Part shown: piece by piece, positions 23,739-35,431 of the stretch
Layout of the letters: every line of letters begins with the position of its first letter
Numbering within the stretch: position 1 is the stretch's first letter
Made by a program: the position numbers and the translations under genes
Notes under the pieces: generated by a model
The model's input: the letters and a program-made list of their open reading frames with translations, nothing else
Told to the model about the DNA's origin: nothing
Databases searched by the model: none
Assembly: GCF_056746865.1 (NCBI RefSeq)
Contig: NZ_CM163382.1
DNA length: 64,000 bases
Strand: one strand, 5' to 3'

Positions 23739-23818
23739 TGCCGGATGCGACGCTGGCCGCGTCTTCTCCGGCCTCCATAAGAGTAGCCCGATAAGCTTGC
23801 GCATCGGGCGCTATCCGG
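23739..23818. repeat. Pair of REP-like palindromic elements (BIME-like) between convergent dbpA and ttcA
   Basis: gccggatgcgacgctggccgcgtcttctccggcc and gcccgataagcttgcgcatcgggcgctatccgg resemble the E. coli REP consensus in opposite orientations. Confidence 0.55.
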
Positions 23819-23819
23819 G

Positions 23820-24755
23820 TTATTTCACTTCAACCACATTCAGTCGTAACTCATCCAACTGATTTTCATCTTCTTCAGGCTGCCAACCCGCCGGTTGTAG
23901 AGGGATCTCTTCGCGATCAAACGCCAGATCACCCCCGTTAACCACTTCAGAACCGTGGGTAATGCCTTTGAAATCGAACAGGTTGGTATCGCACAGATGC
24001 GACGGCACCACATTCTGCATCGCGCTGAACATCGTCTCGATACGCCCCGGATAACGTTTATCCCAGTCACGCAACATGTCAGCAATCACCTGACGTTGCA
24101 GGTTAGGCTGTGAACCGCACAGGTTGCACGGAATAATCGGGAACGCTTTTGCATCGGCAAAGCGCTGAATATCTTTCTCGCGGCAGTAGGCCAGAGGGCG
24201 AATCACGATATGTTTGCCATCATCGCTCATCAGTTTCGGAGGCATACCTTTCATCTTGCCGCCGTAGAACATATTTAAGAACAACGTTTGCAGGATATCG
24301 TCACGATGGTGACCCAGCGCGATCTTCGTCGCTCCCAGTTCCGTTGCGGTACGATAAAGGATACCGCGACGAAGACGAGAACACAGTGAGCAAGTGGTTT
24401 TGCCCTCCGGAATCTTCTCTTTCACGATACCGTAAGTGTTCTCTTCAACAATCTTGTACTCAACGCCCAGCTTTTCAAGATACTCGGGCAGAACGTGTTC
24501 CGGGAAGCCCGGTTGCTTTTGATCGAGGTTAACAGCCACCAGCGAAAAATTGATTGGCGCGCTTTGCTGCAAATTGCGCAGAATTTCCAGCATGGTATAG
24601 CTGTCTTTACCCCCGGAGAGGCAAACCATGATGCGATCGCCTTCTTCAATCATATTGAAGTCAGCAATGGCTTCGCCCACGTTACGACGCAGACGTTTTT
24701 GTAATTTGTTCAGGTTGTATTGTTCTTTCTTACTAATTTCTTGATTTTGCGACAT
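23820..24755 (-). CDS. ttcA: tRNA 2-thiocytidine(32) synthetase TtcA, 311 aa
   Basis: PP-loop SGGKDS and CxxC motifs; synteny. Confidence 0.92.
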   Translation of the reverse strand: MSQNQEISKKEQYNLNKLQKRLRRNVGEAIADFNMIEEGDRIMVCLSGGKDSYTMLEILRNLQQSAPINFSLVAVNLDQKQPGFPEHVLPEYLEKLGVEYKIVEENTYGIVKEKIPEGKTTCSLCSRLRRGILYRTATELGATKIALGHHRDDILQTLFLNMFYGGKMKGMPPKLMSDDGKHIVIRPLAYCREKDIQRFADAKAFPIIPCNLCGSQPNLQRQVIADMLRDWDKRYPGRIETMFSAMQNVVPSHLCDTNLFDFKGITHGSEVVNGGDLAFDREEIPLQPAGWQPEEDENQLDELRLNVVEVK

Positions 24756-24930
24756 TTAAAAGCGACTCAATTCGTTATATGGCATCAGAAGAGTATGCGT
24801 CATGCCGGAACGCCCAGCATAAGAAATCTGATATAAAAACTGTGGCGTGTATGGTACGGATTAGAGGGGAAAATGTCAGCACATTTGCGAAATGAATCAA
24901 AAAGCCCGCAGCAATGTGCGGGCGTTAGTG

Positions 24931-25446
<516 letters not shown>

Positions 25447-25505
25447 TTAGATCAAAGGAGGAAGAATAAGCAGAAAAAGCCCGCCATAACAGCGGGCAGG
25501 AGGAT

Positions 25506-26639
25506 TTAGAACTGATAAACCAGACCTAAAGCGACAATATCATCGGTAGAGATGCCATTGGCAGCGTAGAAGCTGTCATCTTCATCCAACAGGTTGATTT
25601 TATAGTCAACGTAGGTGGACATATTTTTGTTGAAATAGTAAGTCGCGCCAACATCGGCGTATTTAACCAGATCTTTATCATCAACACCTGCCGGGTTGTC
25701 TGCACCACCGGCAGCGTGCAGGTCACGGCCTTTAGACATCAGGAAAGAGACTGCCGGACGCAGACCAAAATCAAACTGGTACTGTGCAGTAACTTCAAAG
25801 TTCTGGGTTTTGTTAGCAACAGCATAATCGCTGTCGCCAAACGGGGTCATATTACGCGTTTCTGAATACATGGTTGCCAGGTAAATATTGTTAGCATCGT
25901 ATTTTAGCCCAGCAGTCCACGCGTCTGCTTTATCACCACCCGCCGCAGTATGGTTAACCTGGTCATTGGTGCGGTCAGAAGAGGTGTATGCCGCACCAGC
26001 GCTAAAGCCCATGCCTAAATCATATGTTGTGGAAAGACCCCAGCCGTCACCGTTTTCATGGCGAACATCACGTCCGTTGTTGGTGCCTTCCTGACCATTA
26101 CTGGCACCTTCGTTGTTACCTTGATACTGCACCGCGAAGTTCAGACCATTTACCAGACCGAAGAAATCAGTATTACGATAAGTCGCGACGCCATTGGCAC
26201 GACCAGTCATAAAGTTGTCTGCATTGGTATAAGAGTCACCGCCAAATTCAGGCAGCATATCGGTCCAGCCTTCGATGTCGTACATTACGCCATAATTACG
26301 TCCGTAATCGAAAGAACCGTAATCTGCAAATTTCAATCCGGCAAATGCCAGACGGGTCCATGACTGGTTTTTTGAAGATTCAGTGTTGTTTGCCTGAATA
26401 TTGTATTCCCATTGACCGTAGCCAGTAAGTTGATCGTTAATTTGGGTTTCGCCTTTAAAACCCAGACGCGCATAGCTCTGGTCGCCATCTTTCGCTGAAT
26501 TATCAGAAAAATAATGTAGTCCATCAACTTTGCCATACAGATCTAATTTGTTGCCGTCTTTATTATAAACTTCGGCTGCATGTGCAGCACCTGCGGCGAG
26601 CAGGGTAGGAATTAAAAATGCCAGTACTTTGCTTTTCAT
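25506..26639 (-). CDS. ompN: Outer membrane porin OmpN (OmpC/OmpF family), 377 aa
   Basis: signal peptide [21 protein letters not shown], general-porin signature, C-terminal ...LGLVYQF. Confidence 0.9.
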   Translation of the reverse strand: MKSKVLAFLIPTLLAAGAAHAAEVYNKDGNKLDLYGKVDGLHYFSDNSAKDGDQSYARLGFKGETQINDQLTGYGQWEYNIQANNTESSKNQSWTRLAFAGLKFADYGSFDYGRNYGVMYDIEGWTDMLPEFGGDSYTNADNFMTGRANGVATYRNTDFFGLVNGLNFAVQYQGNNEGASNGQEGTNNGRDVRHENGDGWGLSTTYDLGMGFSAGAAYTSSDRTNDQVNHTAAGGDKADAWTAGLKYDANNIYLATMYSETRNMTPFGDSDYAVANKTQNFEVTAQYQFDFGLRPAVSFLMSKGRDLHAAGGADNPAGVDDKDLVKYADVGATYYFNKNMSTYVDYKINLLDEDDSFYAANGISTDDIVALGLVYQF

Positions 26640-26867
26640 TGAATAAATCCTTTAGTTATTTTATTTGCCTTTTCATCCCCATTTTGGGGAGTGAAAACAT
26701 CCTAAAGGAGAAGTTCCGTTAGCCGATAAATATCATTTGTTACGCCTTAAGTAAAACCTTAATCAAATAATTCTACGGAAATGATGATAAGTTTGGTGAA
26801 TATATTATTGGCGACATATACAAAATAAAAATTATACATTTAAATAGTGATGCGTTATTCTTCGCGG

Positions 26868-26972
26868 GTTATATGCCTTTATTGTCACAAAGATTATTTT
26901 CTGTTGGACCCTTGTTACTGTTTATCCAACAAATAATGAGACAAGCCCGAACAGTCGTCCGGGCTTTTTTTT
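26868..26972 (+). ncRNA. micC: MicC small RNA (ompC-targeting, Hfq-dependent)
   Basis: 5' end gttatatgcctttattgtcaca and 3' terminator aagcccgaacagtcgtccgggctttttttt; divergent from ompN as expected. Confidence 0.8.
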
Positions 26973-27000
26973 AGAATTGGATAATCCTTATCCAGTGCAT

Positions 27001-30000
27001 TTAATCGGTGTTGCTTTTTTCCGCTTTTCCGGCCATTTGTGCCAGGAAGTCATAGCGTTTTTGCAAATCAGCTGCAGCATCTTTCCATAACTGTTCTGCC
27101 ACTTCTGGCTGCTGCGAATTCAGACGACGGAAACGTTGCTCATGAAGTAACGTTTCTTCCAGTGCTTCTGACGGCGGGCGTGAATCCAGCGCCAGCGGCA
27201 GTTTGCCTTCATCGGCACGACGAGGATCGAAGCGATATAGCGGCCAGAAGCCGGTAGCAGTGAGTTGGCGCATCTGGTCGTGGCTGAGAGCCAGATCGTA
27301 ACCATGCTCTTCACACGGGCTATAAGCGATGATCAGCGATGGTCCCGGATACGCTTCCGCTTCCTGAATTGCTTTCACCGTCTGGTTCAGCTGCGCGCCG
27401 AGAGAAATCTGCGCCACATAAACATGGCCGTACATCATCATACTGACGCCAAGATCTTTACGCGCTTTACGTTTGCCGTGCTCGCCAAACTTAGTTACTG
27501 CACCCAGCGGTGTCGCTTTTGACGCCTGACCACCGGTATTGGAATAGCATTGCGTATCCAGCACCAGAATGTTGACGTTTTCCGTCAAACTCAATACATG
27601 ATCCAGACCGCCAAAGCCGATATCGTAAGCCCAGCCGTCGCCACCAATCAGCCAGATTGATTTTTCTACCAGTGCATCTGCGTCACGTAGCAGTTCATGT
27701 GCTTCGGCAACATCGTTGAGTTGCTGGCGTAAAGCTGCAACCTGTTCACGACGAACCTCTGGCGTGGCGTCTGATTTCAACGCAGTCAGTAATTCCGCCG
27801 GGATTTTATCGGCAAATTGATCCAGCAGACGCAGTATGCGGACACGGTGTTGATCGACCGTCAGGCGGAAACCAAGGCCAAATTCGGCGTTATCTTCAAA
27901 CAGCGAGTTCGCCCATGCCGGTCCACGACCGTTGGCATCGGTAGTATACGGTGTAGAGGGCAGGTTACCGCCATAAATTGAAGAACAGCCGGTGGCGTTA
28001 GCGATCAACATCCGGTCGCCATAGAGCTGAGTCAGCAATTTAATATACGGCGTCTCGCCACAACCGGAGCAAGCACCTGAATATTCAAACAGAGGTGTAA
28101 TCAGCTGCGATGTACGAATATCAATACGTTCCAGTTTGCTACGGTCGATTTCTGGGAGGTTGAGGAAGAAATCGTAATTGATTTTCTCTTCTTCGACATG
28201 TTCCAGGCGCGACATCATATTGATGGCTTTAATCTCTGGATTCTGACGGTCTTTCGCCGGGCAAACTTCGACGCACAGGTTACAGCCGGTGCAATCTTCC
28301 GGTGCCACCTGCAAGACATATTTCTGCCCGCGCATATCACGCGATTTTACATCCAGCGAATGCAGGCTGGCAGGGGCGTTTTCCATCGCTTCAGGCGGTA
28401 CCACTTTTGCGCGAATAGCTGAGTGTGGGCAAGCAGCGACGCAGTGGTTACATTGGGTACAGAGTTCCTCTTTCCAGATGGGGATCTCTTCGGCGATATT
28501 GCGTTTTTCCCAGCGCGTGGTGCCCATCGGCCAGGTGCCGTCTGGCGGCAGCGCCGAAACGGGGAGGGCATCACCAAGCCCGGCGAGCATCGCCGCGGTT
28601 ACGGTTTTCACGAAATCAGGGGCGGCATCGGAAACCACTGGCGGTCGATTGGCGCTGTGCGGATTAACCGGCTGCAGCGGAACTTCTTCTACGGATTCAC
28701 GTGCCAGCGCCAGAGCCTGCCAGTTGCGTTCCACCAGATCCTGACCTTTGCTACTGTAACTTTTGGCAATCGCACCCTGCAATTCTGCGAGGGCGCTATC
28801 GCCAGGCAGAATTTGCGTAAGATGGAAAAAAGCCATCTGCATGACGGTATTAATACGGGCCGCCAGACCACATTCGCGGGCGATTTTCGCCGCGTTAATC
28901 ACATAGAAGCGCGCTTTTTTCTGGTTTAACACGGCCTGAACTTCCTGCGGCAAGCGCGACCATACTTCATCTGCGCTGTACGGCGTGTTGAGCAGGAAAA
29001 TGCCGCCAGGTTTTAAACGTTCAGCCATCTGATATTTATCGATAAACTGCAACTGGTGGCAGCCAACAAAATCAGCCTGGGAAATGAGATAAGCGGAACG
29101 AATCGGCTGCTCGCTCACGCGAAGGTGAGAAACCGTCAGGCCGCCCGCCTTTTTGGAGTCGTAAACAAAATAGCCCTGTGCGTACCACGGCGTGGAATTA
29201 CCGATAATCTTGATATTGTTTTTGGTCGCGGAAACGCTGCCATCACTACCAAGGCCATAAAACAAGGCTTCAAGTTTCGCCGAGTTTGGCAGGGTGTTTT
29301 CCGGCAACGGCAGTGACAGATTGGTCACATCATCGTAAATACCAACCGTAAAGCGCGCTTTCGGTTTAGCCGCGTTGAGCTCGGCAAATACCGCCAGTAC
29401 ACAGTCCGGGCCAAATTCTTTGGATGAAAGACCATAGCGCCCACCAATGACACGGGGCAGGGTTTCGCGCTCGCCATTATTAAAGGCTTCTGCCAGTGCG
29501 GTCATCACATCCAGATAGAGCGGTTCTGCCTGGGCACCGGGTTCTTTGGTTCTGTCCAGTACCGCCACGCTGCGTACGGATCCCGGCAGAGCTTGTAGCA
29601 AGTGTTTGGCGGAGAAGGGACGGTACAGGCGAACTTTCAGCACGCCGACTTTTTCGCCACGGGTTAGCAATTCATCAACCACTTCTTCACAGGTGCCAAT
29701 GGCAGAGCCCATCAGGATAATCACCCGTTCCGCTTGCGGATGCCCGTAATACTCAAACGGCTGATACTGACGACCTGTCGCGGCAGCGAAATCATTCATC
29801 GCCTGTTCAACATGGTCATAGACCGCGTTGTACCATGGGTTGGTGGCTTCGCGAGACTGGAAATAAGTGTCAGGATTGGCGGACGTACCGCGGATCACCG
29901 GATGTTCCGGGTTGAGCGCCCGGGCGCGATGAGCATCAATTTCGGCCTGCGGCATCAGTTCAAGAATAGTGTCATCGGCCAGCGGGACAATTTTATTGAT

Positions 30001-30525
30001 CTCGTGGGACGTGCGGAAACCATCAAAGAAATGAATAAATGGCACGCGACTCTTCAGCGTCGCGATGTGCGAAATAAGAGCAAAGTCTTGCGCTTCCTGG
30101 ACGTTTGCTGCACACAACATCGCGCAACCCGTCTGGCGCACCGCCATAACGTCGGAATGATCGCCAAAAATAGAGAGTGCATGTGTGGCAACGGTACGTG
30201 CCGCTACATGCAGGACAAATGGCGTCAGTTCGCCTGCCAGTTTGTACAGCGTCGGGATCATCAGCAGCAAACCCTGCGATGACGTAAACGATGTTGAAAG
30301 GGCACCCGTCTGCAAAGCGCCATGCACGGTAGCGATAGCACCCGCTTCCGACTGCATTTCAACCACGCGTGGTGTGTCTCCCCAGACGTTTTTCAAGCCG
30401 TTTCCGGCCCATGCATCAGCCTGTTCTGCCATCGTGGAACTGGGGGTAATAGGGTAGATGGCGATAACTTCACTGGTGCGAAACGCCACCGAAGCAACCG
30501 CGCCATTACCGTCAATAGTAATCAT
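27001..30525 (-). CDS. ydbK: Pyruvate:flavodoxin/ferredoxin oxidoreductase, 1174 aa
   Basis: PFOR domain order with 4Fe-4S ferredoxin cysteine clusters (CTQCNHCVAACP, CTGCNLCVEVCP) and TPP-binding domain. Confidence 0.93.
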   Translation of the reverse strand: MITIDGNGAVASVAFRTSEVIAIYPITPSSTMAEQADAWAGNGLKNVWGDTPRVVEMQSEAGAIATVHGALQTGALSTSFTSSQGLLLMIPTLYKLAGELTPFVLHVAARTVATHALSIFGDHSDVMAVRQTGCAMLCAANVQEAQDFALISHIATLKSRVPFIHFFDGFRTSHEINKIVPLADDTILELMPQAEIDAHRARALNPEHPVIRGTSANPDTYFQSREATNPWYNAVYDHVEQAMNDFAAATGRQYQPFEYYGHPQAERVIILMGSAIGTCEEVVDELLTRGEKVGVLKVRLYRPFSAKHLLQALPGSVRSVAVLDRTKEPGAQAEPLYLDVMTALAEAFNNGERETLPRVIGGRYGLSSKEFGPDCVLAVFAELNAAKPKARFTVGIYDDVTNLSLPLPENTLPNSAKLEALFYGLGSDGSVSATKNNIKIIGNSTPWYAQGYFVYDSKKAGGLTVSHLRVSEQPIRSAYLISQADFVGCHQLQFIDKYQMAERLKPGGIFLLNTPYSADEVWSRLPQEVQAVLNQKKARFYVINAAKIARECGLAARINTVMQMAFFHLTQILPGDSALAELQGAIAKSYSSKGQDLVERNWQALALARESVEEVPLQPVNPHSANRPPVVSDAAPDFVKTVTAAMLAGLGDALPVSALPPDGTWPMGTTRWEKRNIAEEIPIWKEELCTQCNHCVAACPHSAIRAKVVPPEAMENAPASLHSLDVKSRDMRGQKYVLQVAPEDCTGCNLCVEVCPAKDRQNPEIKAINMMSRLEHVEEEKINYDFFLNLPEIDRSKLERIDIRTSQLITPLFEYSGACSGCGETPYIKLLTQLYGDRMLIANATGCSSIYGGNLPSTPYTTDANGRGPAWANSLFEDNAEFGLGFRLTVDQHRVRILRLLDQFADKIPAELLTALKSDATPEVRREQVAALRQQLNDVAEAHELLRDADALVEKSIWLIGGDGWAYDIGFGGLDHVLSLTENVNILVLDTQCYSNTGGQASKATPLGAVTKFGEHGKRKARKDLGVSMMMYGHVYVAQISLGAQLNQTVKAIQEAEAYPGPSLIIAYSPCEEHGYDLALSHDQMRQLTATGFWPLYRFDPRRADEGKLPLALDSRPPSEALEETLLHEQRFRRLNSQQPEVAEQLWKDAAADLQKRYDFLAQMAGKAEKSNTD

Positions 30526-30798
30526 ATGACACCCTTACATTGCGCAAATGAGGGGCGCACGAAATTGCTGCGCGCCCAGTAGTTATCTTTCAATTTTAGC
30601 AAATGGCTTTCTTCTGCATTTTCGCTTTTGTGTCCCCCACATCAGCGTAATGAATGTTTTGATCAAACAGAGGGCAAAAAAATAGCCATAAAAAAGTAAA
30701 AATGCGGGGCAACGCGCAGGACAGCTCTCGACGCCGCCCTCTGTGCTGCCTATTATTTATGGCGGTGTCGTTTGGCTTGAAGATCAGAGGAAGAAAAG

Positions 30799-31065
30799 AT
30801 GCGAGCAGCGTTTTGGGTAGGGTGTGCCGCTTTATTATTGTCGGCGTGTAGTAGTGAACCTGTTCAGCAGGCGACTGCGGCGCACGTAGCGCCAGGTTTA
30901 AAAGCGTCGATGTCCAGTAGTGGAGAAGCAAATTGTGCAATGATCGGCGGTTCGCTTTCTGTTGCCCGTCAACTGGATGGTACGGCGATTGGGATGTGTG
31001 CATTACCCAACGGCAAACGCTGTAGCGAACAGTCACTTGCCGCCGGGAGCTGTGGCAGCTATTAA
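30799..31065 (+). CDS. ydbJ: Small lipoprotein (DUF333), 88 aa
   Basis: lipobox LLLSAC; synteny. Confidence 0.75.
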   Translation: MRAAFWVGCAALLLSACSSEPVQQATAAHVAPGLKASMSSSGEANCAMIGGSLSVARQLDGTAIGMCALPNGKRCSEQSLAAGSCGSY

Positions 31066-31484
31066 TTCATTAAATCCGCCAGCTTATAAGTTAATGTCTG
31101 TTTCGCGGTCGCCAGCGTTAACTGGTTCGCGGTCAGATCCACTTGTGCACCTTCTTTCAGCATTTCGCTAATGGTGTTATCGAGTTCATTAAGCTGCGGG
31201 TTAGCGCACATCATACGGGTCATTGCCAGCCCTTTGGCTGTCAGTTCACCATTAGACAGTTTGCCTTCACCGCTAAAGCGGTTACACATGCTGCCGGAAA
31301 TCATCATCTTTTCACCAAAGCTGATTTCTGGCGGATTTTTATCGCTGGTCACGGGCTTACCGTTTACGCTTTCCAGCACAAAGCGATGATGCTGTAGCTG
31401 TTCTGGGGTTACAGCAATTTTGTCATTACTTACACATCCCGCCATCAGCAGGCTTAGCGCAACGAGCGCGGCTACTTTCTTCAT
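31062..31484 (-). CDS. hslJ: Heat-shock lipoprotein HslJ (META domain), 140 aa
   Basis: ORF 31062..31496; start set to internal Met for 140 aa; lipobox LMAGC. Confidence 0.85.
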   Translation of the reverse strand: MKKVAALVALSLLMAGCVSNDKIAVTPEQLQHHRFVLESVNGKPVTSDKNPPEISFGEKMMISGSMCNRFSGEGKLSNGELTAKGLAMTRMMCANPQLNELDNTISEMLKEGAQVDLTANQLTLATAKQTLTYKLADLMN

Positions 31485-31594
31485 TGTGGTTCTCAATTAC
31501 AGTTTCTGACTCAGGACTATTTTAAGAATAGAGGATGAAAGGTCTTTGGGGATTATCTGAATAAGCTCCCCTGGAATGCAGGGGAGCGGCAAGA

Positions 31595-32584
31595 TTAAAC
31601 CAGTTCGTTCGGGCAGGTTTCGCCTTTTTCCAGATTGCTTAAGTTTTGCAGCGTAGTCTGAGAAATACTGGTCAGTGCTTCTGCTGTCAGGAATGCCTGG
31701 TGCCCGGTAAACAGCACGTTGTGGCAGGCAGACAGACGACGGAATACGTCATCCTGGATCACGTCGTTGGATTTGTCTTCAAAGAACAGATCGCGTTCGT
31801 TCTCATACACGTCCATACCCAACGAACCAATTTTCTGATTTTTCAGCGCTTCAATTGCCGCCTGAGAATCAATCAATGCACCGCGACTGGTATTGACGAT
31901 CATCACGCCATTTTTCATCTGATCGAAGGCGGCTTCGTTCAACAGATGGTAGTTTTCCGGTGTCAGCGGGCAGTGCAGAGAGATAACGTCTGATTCAGAG
32001 AACAGGGTTGGCAGATCGACATACTCCACACCGAGTTCCAGTGCCGCCGCACTTGGATACGGATCGAATGCCAGCAGACGCATACCAAAACCTTTCAGAA
32101 TGCGCAGCATCGCCACACCGATTTTACCGGTACCGATAACGCCTGCCGTTTTGCCATACATAGTAAAGCCGGTCAGACCTTCCAGAGAGAAGTTGGCGTC
32201 ACGAGTACGCTGATACGCGCGATGAATACGGCGGTTCAGCGTCATCATCATACCGATGGCGTGTTCAGCAACGGCTTCTGGATCATAGGCTGGAACACGG
32301 ACTACTTTCAGCCCCAGTTCTTTTGCCGCGTCAAGGTCGACGTTATTAAAACCGGCACAGCGCAGGGCGATATATTTAACGCCGTGCTTTTTCAGCTCTT
32401 CCAGCACCGGGCGGCTGCCGTCATCGTTTACGAAAATACATACCGCTTCGCAGCCATTGGCAGTTTTAGCGGTTTTTTCCGTCAGCAGAAAGTCAAAAAA
32501 TTCCAGCTCAAAGCCAAAGGACTCGTTCACCTGTTGCAGGTACTTCTTGTCGTACTGTTTTGTGCTATAAACGGCGAGTTTCAT
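31595..32584 (-). CDS. ldhA: Fermentative D-lactate dehydrogenase (NAD-dependent), 329 aa
   Basis: D-isomer 2-hydroxyacid dehydrogenase motifs (GVIGTGKIG); synteny. Confidence 0.93.
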   Translation of the reverse strand: MKLAVYSTKQYDKKYLQQVNESFGFELEFFDFLLTEKTAKTANGCEAVCIFVNDDGSRPVLEELKKHGVKYIALRCAGFNNVDLDAAKELGLKVVRVPAYDPEAVAEHAIGMMMTLNRRIHRAYQRTRDANFSLEGLTGFTMYGKTAGVIGTGKIGVAMLRILKGFGMRLLAFDPYPSAAALELGVEYVDLPTLFSESDVISLHCPLTPENYHLLNEAAFDQMKNGVMIVNTSRGALIDSQAAIEALKNQKIGSLGMDVYENERDLFFEDKSNDVIQDDVFRRLSACHNVLFTGHQAFLTAEALTSISQTTLQNLSNLEKGETCPNELV

Positions 32585-32791
32585 AAGACTTTCTCCAGTG
32601 ATGTTGAATCACATTTAAGCTACTAAAAATATTTTACAAAATTTCAAATATAATTGAAAGCCATGGCGATATTGAAAAATTCATCAACAACTATGCTTAG
32701 TGTAGGCGCAACCTTCAACTGAACGGTTAAACATGCCACAATACCCGTATTGAATGCTTAATTTTTCGCTAAATCAGGATATTAACTACCC

Positions 32792-35431
32792 ATGCTGGGT
32801 AAATATAAAGCCGTTCTCGCGCTGTTATTACTGATTATTCTTGTGCCGTTGACGCTGCTGATGACGCTCGGCTTGTGGGTTCCCACGCTGGCGGGCATCT
32901 GGCTACCGCTCGGGACACGTATTGCATTAGATGAAAGCCCACGCATTACGCGTAAAGGTTTAATCATCCCCGATCTCCGTTATCTGGTGGGAGATTGTCA
33001 GCTTGCGCATATCACCAACGCCAGCCTTTCACATCCCAGCCGCTGGTTATTGAACGTCGGTACGGTAGAACTTGATTCTGCTTGTCTGGCGAAATTGCCG
33101 CAGACGGAGCAATCGCCAGCTGCTCCAAAAACCCTCGCGCAGTGGCAGGCCATGTTGCCTAACACCTGGATCAATATCGATAAACTGATTTTTTCTCCCT
33201 GGCAGGAATGGCAGGGAAAACTCTCTCTCGCATTAACCTCCGATATCCAGCAACTGCGTTATCAGGGCGAAAAAGTTAAATTTCAAGGCCAGCTGAAAGG
33301 GCAACAACTTACAGTCAGCGAACTGGATGTCGTCGCGTTTGAAAATCAGCCGCCGGTTAAACTGGTGGGGGAATTTACTATGCCGCTAGTGCCGGATGGA
33401 CTTCCTGTAAGTGGTCATGCTACTGCGACGTTAAACTTGCCGCAGGAGCCTTCACTGGTGGATGCCGAGCTGGACTGGCAGGAAAATAGCGGGCAATTGA
33501 TTGTGCTGGCACGGGATAATGGCGATCCGTTGCTCGATCTGCCGTGGCAAATTACTCGCCAACAATTGACTGTAAGCGATGGTCGCTGGAGCTGGCCGTA
33601 TGCAGGTTTTCCTTTGAGTGGCAGACTGGGTGTCAAAGTCGACAACTGGCAGGCAGGGCTCGAGAACGCTCTGGTCAGCGGACGACTGAGTGTGCTGACC
33701 CAGGGGCAAGCGGGTAAGGGCAACGCGGTGCTTAATTTTGGCCCTGGAAAATTAAGCATGGATAACAGCCAGCTGCCTTTGCAGCTGACCGGTGAAGCGA
33801 AACAGGCGGATCTCATTTTATATGCCCGCTTACCTGCGCAGCTAAGCGGAAGTCTGACTGACCCAACGCTGGCCTTTGAGCCAGGCGCGTTATTACGTTC
33901 GAAGGGAAGAGTCATCGATTCGCTGGACATCGATGAAATCCGCTGGCCTTTAGCGGGTGTAAAAGTCACCCAACGTGGTGTTGACGGACGTTTGCAGGCC
34001 ATTTTGCAGGCGCATGAAAATGAACTGGGCGATTTCGTGCTGCATATGGATGGGCTGGCGAATGATTTTCTCCCTGACGCTGGCCGCTGGCAGTGGCGCT
34101 ACTGGGGAAAAGGGAGTTTTACACCGATGAATGCCACCTGGGATGTTGCAGGAAAAGGTGAGTGGCATGACAGCACGATTACGCTGACCGATCTCTCCAC
34201 CGGTTTCGACCAGTTACAATACGGTACGATGACGGTAGAAAAGCCGCGATTAATTCTCGACAAGCCCGTCGTCTGGGTACGTGACGCACAGCATCCCTCC
34301 TTTAGCGGCGCGCTGTCACTGGACGCCGGGCAAACGCTGTTCACTGGCGGCAGTGTGTTACCGCCATCAACCTTAAAATTTAGCGTCGATGGACGCGATC
34401 CGACGTATTTCCTATATAAAGGCGATTTACATGCTGGTGAGATTGGCCCGGTTCGGGTAAATGGTCGCTGGGACGGTATTCGTCTGCGCGGTAACGCCTG
34501 GTGGCCTAAACAATCACTGACCGTATTCCAGCCGCTGGTGCCACCCGACTGGAAGATGAACTTACGCGATGGCGAACTGTATGCTCAGGTCGCATTTTCT
34601 GCTGCGCCTGAACAAGGATTCCGCGCGGGAGGGCACGGTGTGTTGAAAGGCGGTAGTGCCTGGATGCCAGATAATCAGGTTAACGGTGTCGATTTTGTCC
34701 TGCCTTTCCGTTTTGCCGATGGAGCCTGGCATCTGGGGACTCGCGGCCCCGTTACGTTGCGAATTGCCGAAGTGATTAATCTGGTGACAGCGAAAAATAT
34801 TACGGCTGATTTGCAAGGGCGCTATCCGTGGACAGAAGAAGAACCATTGTTGTTGACTGATGTTAGCGTCGATGTGTTAGGCGGTAACGTGCTGATGAAA
34901 CAATTACGTATGCCGCAACATGACCCGGCGCTGTTGCGGCTGAATAATCTCTCATCCAGCGAACTGGTTAGCGCCGTCAATCCGAAACAATTCGCCATGT
35001 CCGGGGCATTTAGTGGTGCATTGCCGTTATGGCTAAACAACGAAAAATGGATAGTGAAAGATGGCTGGCTGGCAAATAGCGGGCCAATGACCTTGCGGCT
35101 GGATAAAGACACCGCAGATGCGGTGGTGAAAGGCAATATGACTGCGGGTTCAGCAATTAACTGGTTGCGCTATATGGAAATTAGCCGTTCATCGACAAAT
35201 ATTAATTTAGATAATCTCGGTTTATTAACCATGCAGGCCAACATTACAGGTACCAGTCGCGTTGATGGTAAAAGCGGTACGGTAAACCTTAATTACCATC
35301 ATGAAGAGAATATTTTTACGCTGTGGCGCAGTTTACGCTTTGGCGATAATCTCCAGGCATGGTTGGAGCAGAACGCACGTCTGCCGGGAAATGACTGTCC
35401 GCAAGGAAAAGAGTGTGAGGAAAAACAATGA
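32792..35431 (+). CDS. ydbH: AsmA-like (TamB/YhdP paralogue) envelope protein YdbH, 879 aa
   Basis: N-terminal TM anchor followed by long beta-rich repeat region; stop overlaps ynbE start (ATGA). Confidence 0.88.
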   Translation: MLGKYKAVLALLLLIILVPLTLLMTLGLWVPTLAGIWLPLGTRIALDESPRITRKGLIIPDLRYLVGDCQLAHITNASLSHPSRWLLNVGTVELDSACLAKLPQTEQSPAAPKTLAQWQAMLPNTWINIDKLIFSPWQEWQGKLSLALTSDIQQLRYQGEKVKFQGQLKGQQLTVSELDVVAFENQPPVKLVGEFTMPLVPDGLPVSGHATATLNLPQEPSLVDAELDWQENSGQLIVLARDNGDPLLDLPWQITRQQLTVSDGRWSWPYAGFPLSGRLGVKVDNWQAGLENALVSGRLSVLTQGQAGKGNAVLNFGPGKLSMDNSQLPLQLTGEAKQADLILYARLPAQLSGSLTDPTLAFEPGALLRSKGRVIDSLDIDEIRWPLAGVKVTQRGVDGRLQAILQAHENELGDFVLHMDGLANDFLPDAGRWQWRYWGKGSFTPMNATWDVAGKGEWHDSTITLTDLSTGFDQLQYGTMTVEKPRLILDKPVVWVRDAQHPSFSGALSLDAGQTLFTGGSVLPPSTLKFSVDGRDPTYFLYKGDLHAGEIGPVRVNGRWDGIRLRGNAWWPKQSLTVFQPLVPPDWKMNLRDGELYAQVAFSAAPEQGFRAGGHGVLKGGSAWMPDNQVNGVDFVLPFRFADGAWHLGTRGPVTLRIAEVINLVTAKNITADLQGRYPWTEEEPLLLTDVSVDVLGGNVLMKQLRMPQHDPALLRLNNLSSSELVSAVNPKQFAMSGAFSGALPLWLNNEKWIVKDGWLANSGPMTLRLDKDTADAVVKGNMTAGSAINWLRYMEISRSSTNINLDNLGLLTMQANITGTSRVDGKSGTVNLNYHHEENIFTLWRSLRFGDNLQAWLEQNARLPGNDCPQGKECEEKQ

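Noticed and set aside
27039-30582. Many 60-180 aa ORFs on the + strand across ydbK
   Set aside because: They are antisense to a 1174-aa PFOR gene with clear cofactor motifs and have no ribosome-binding sites or recognisable domains.
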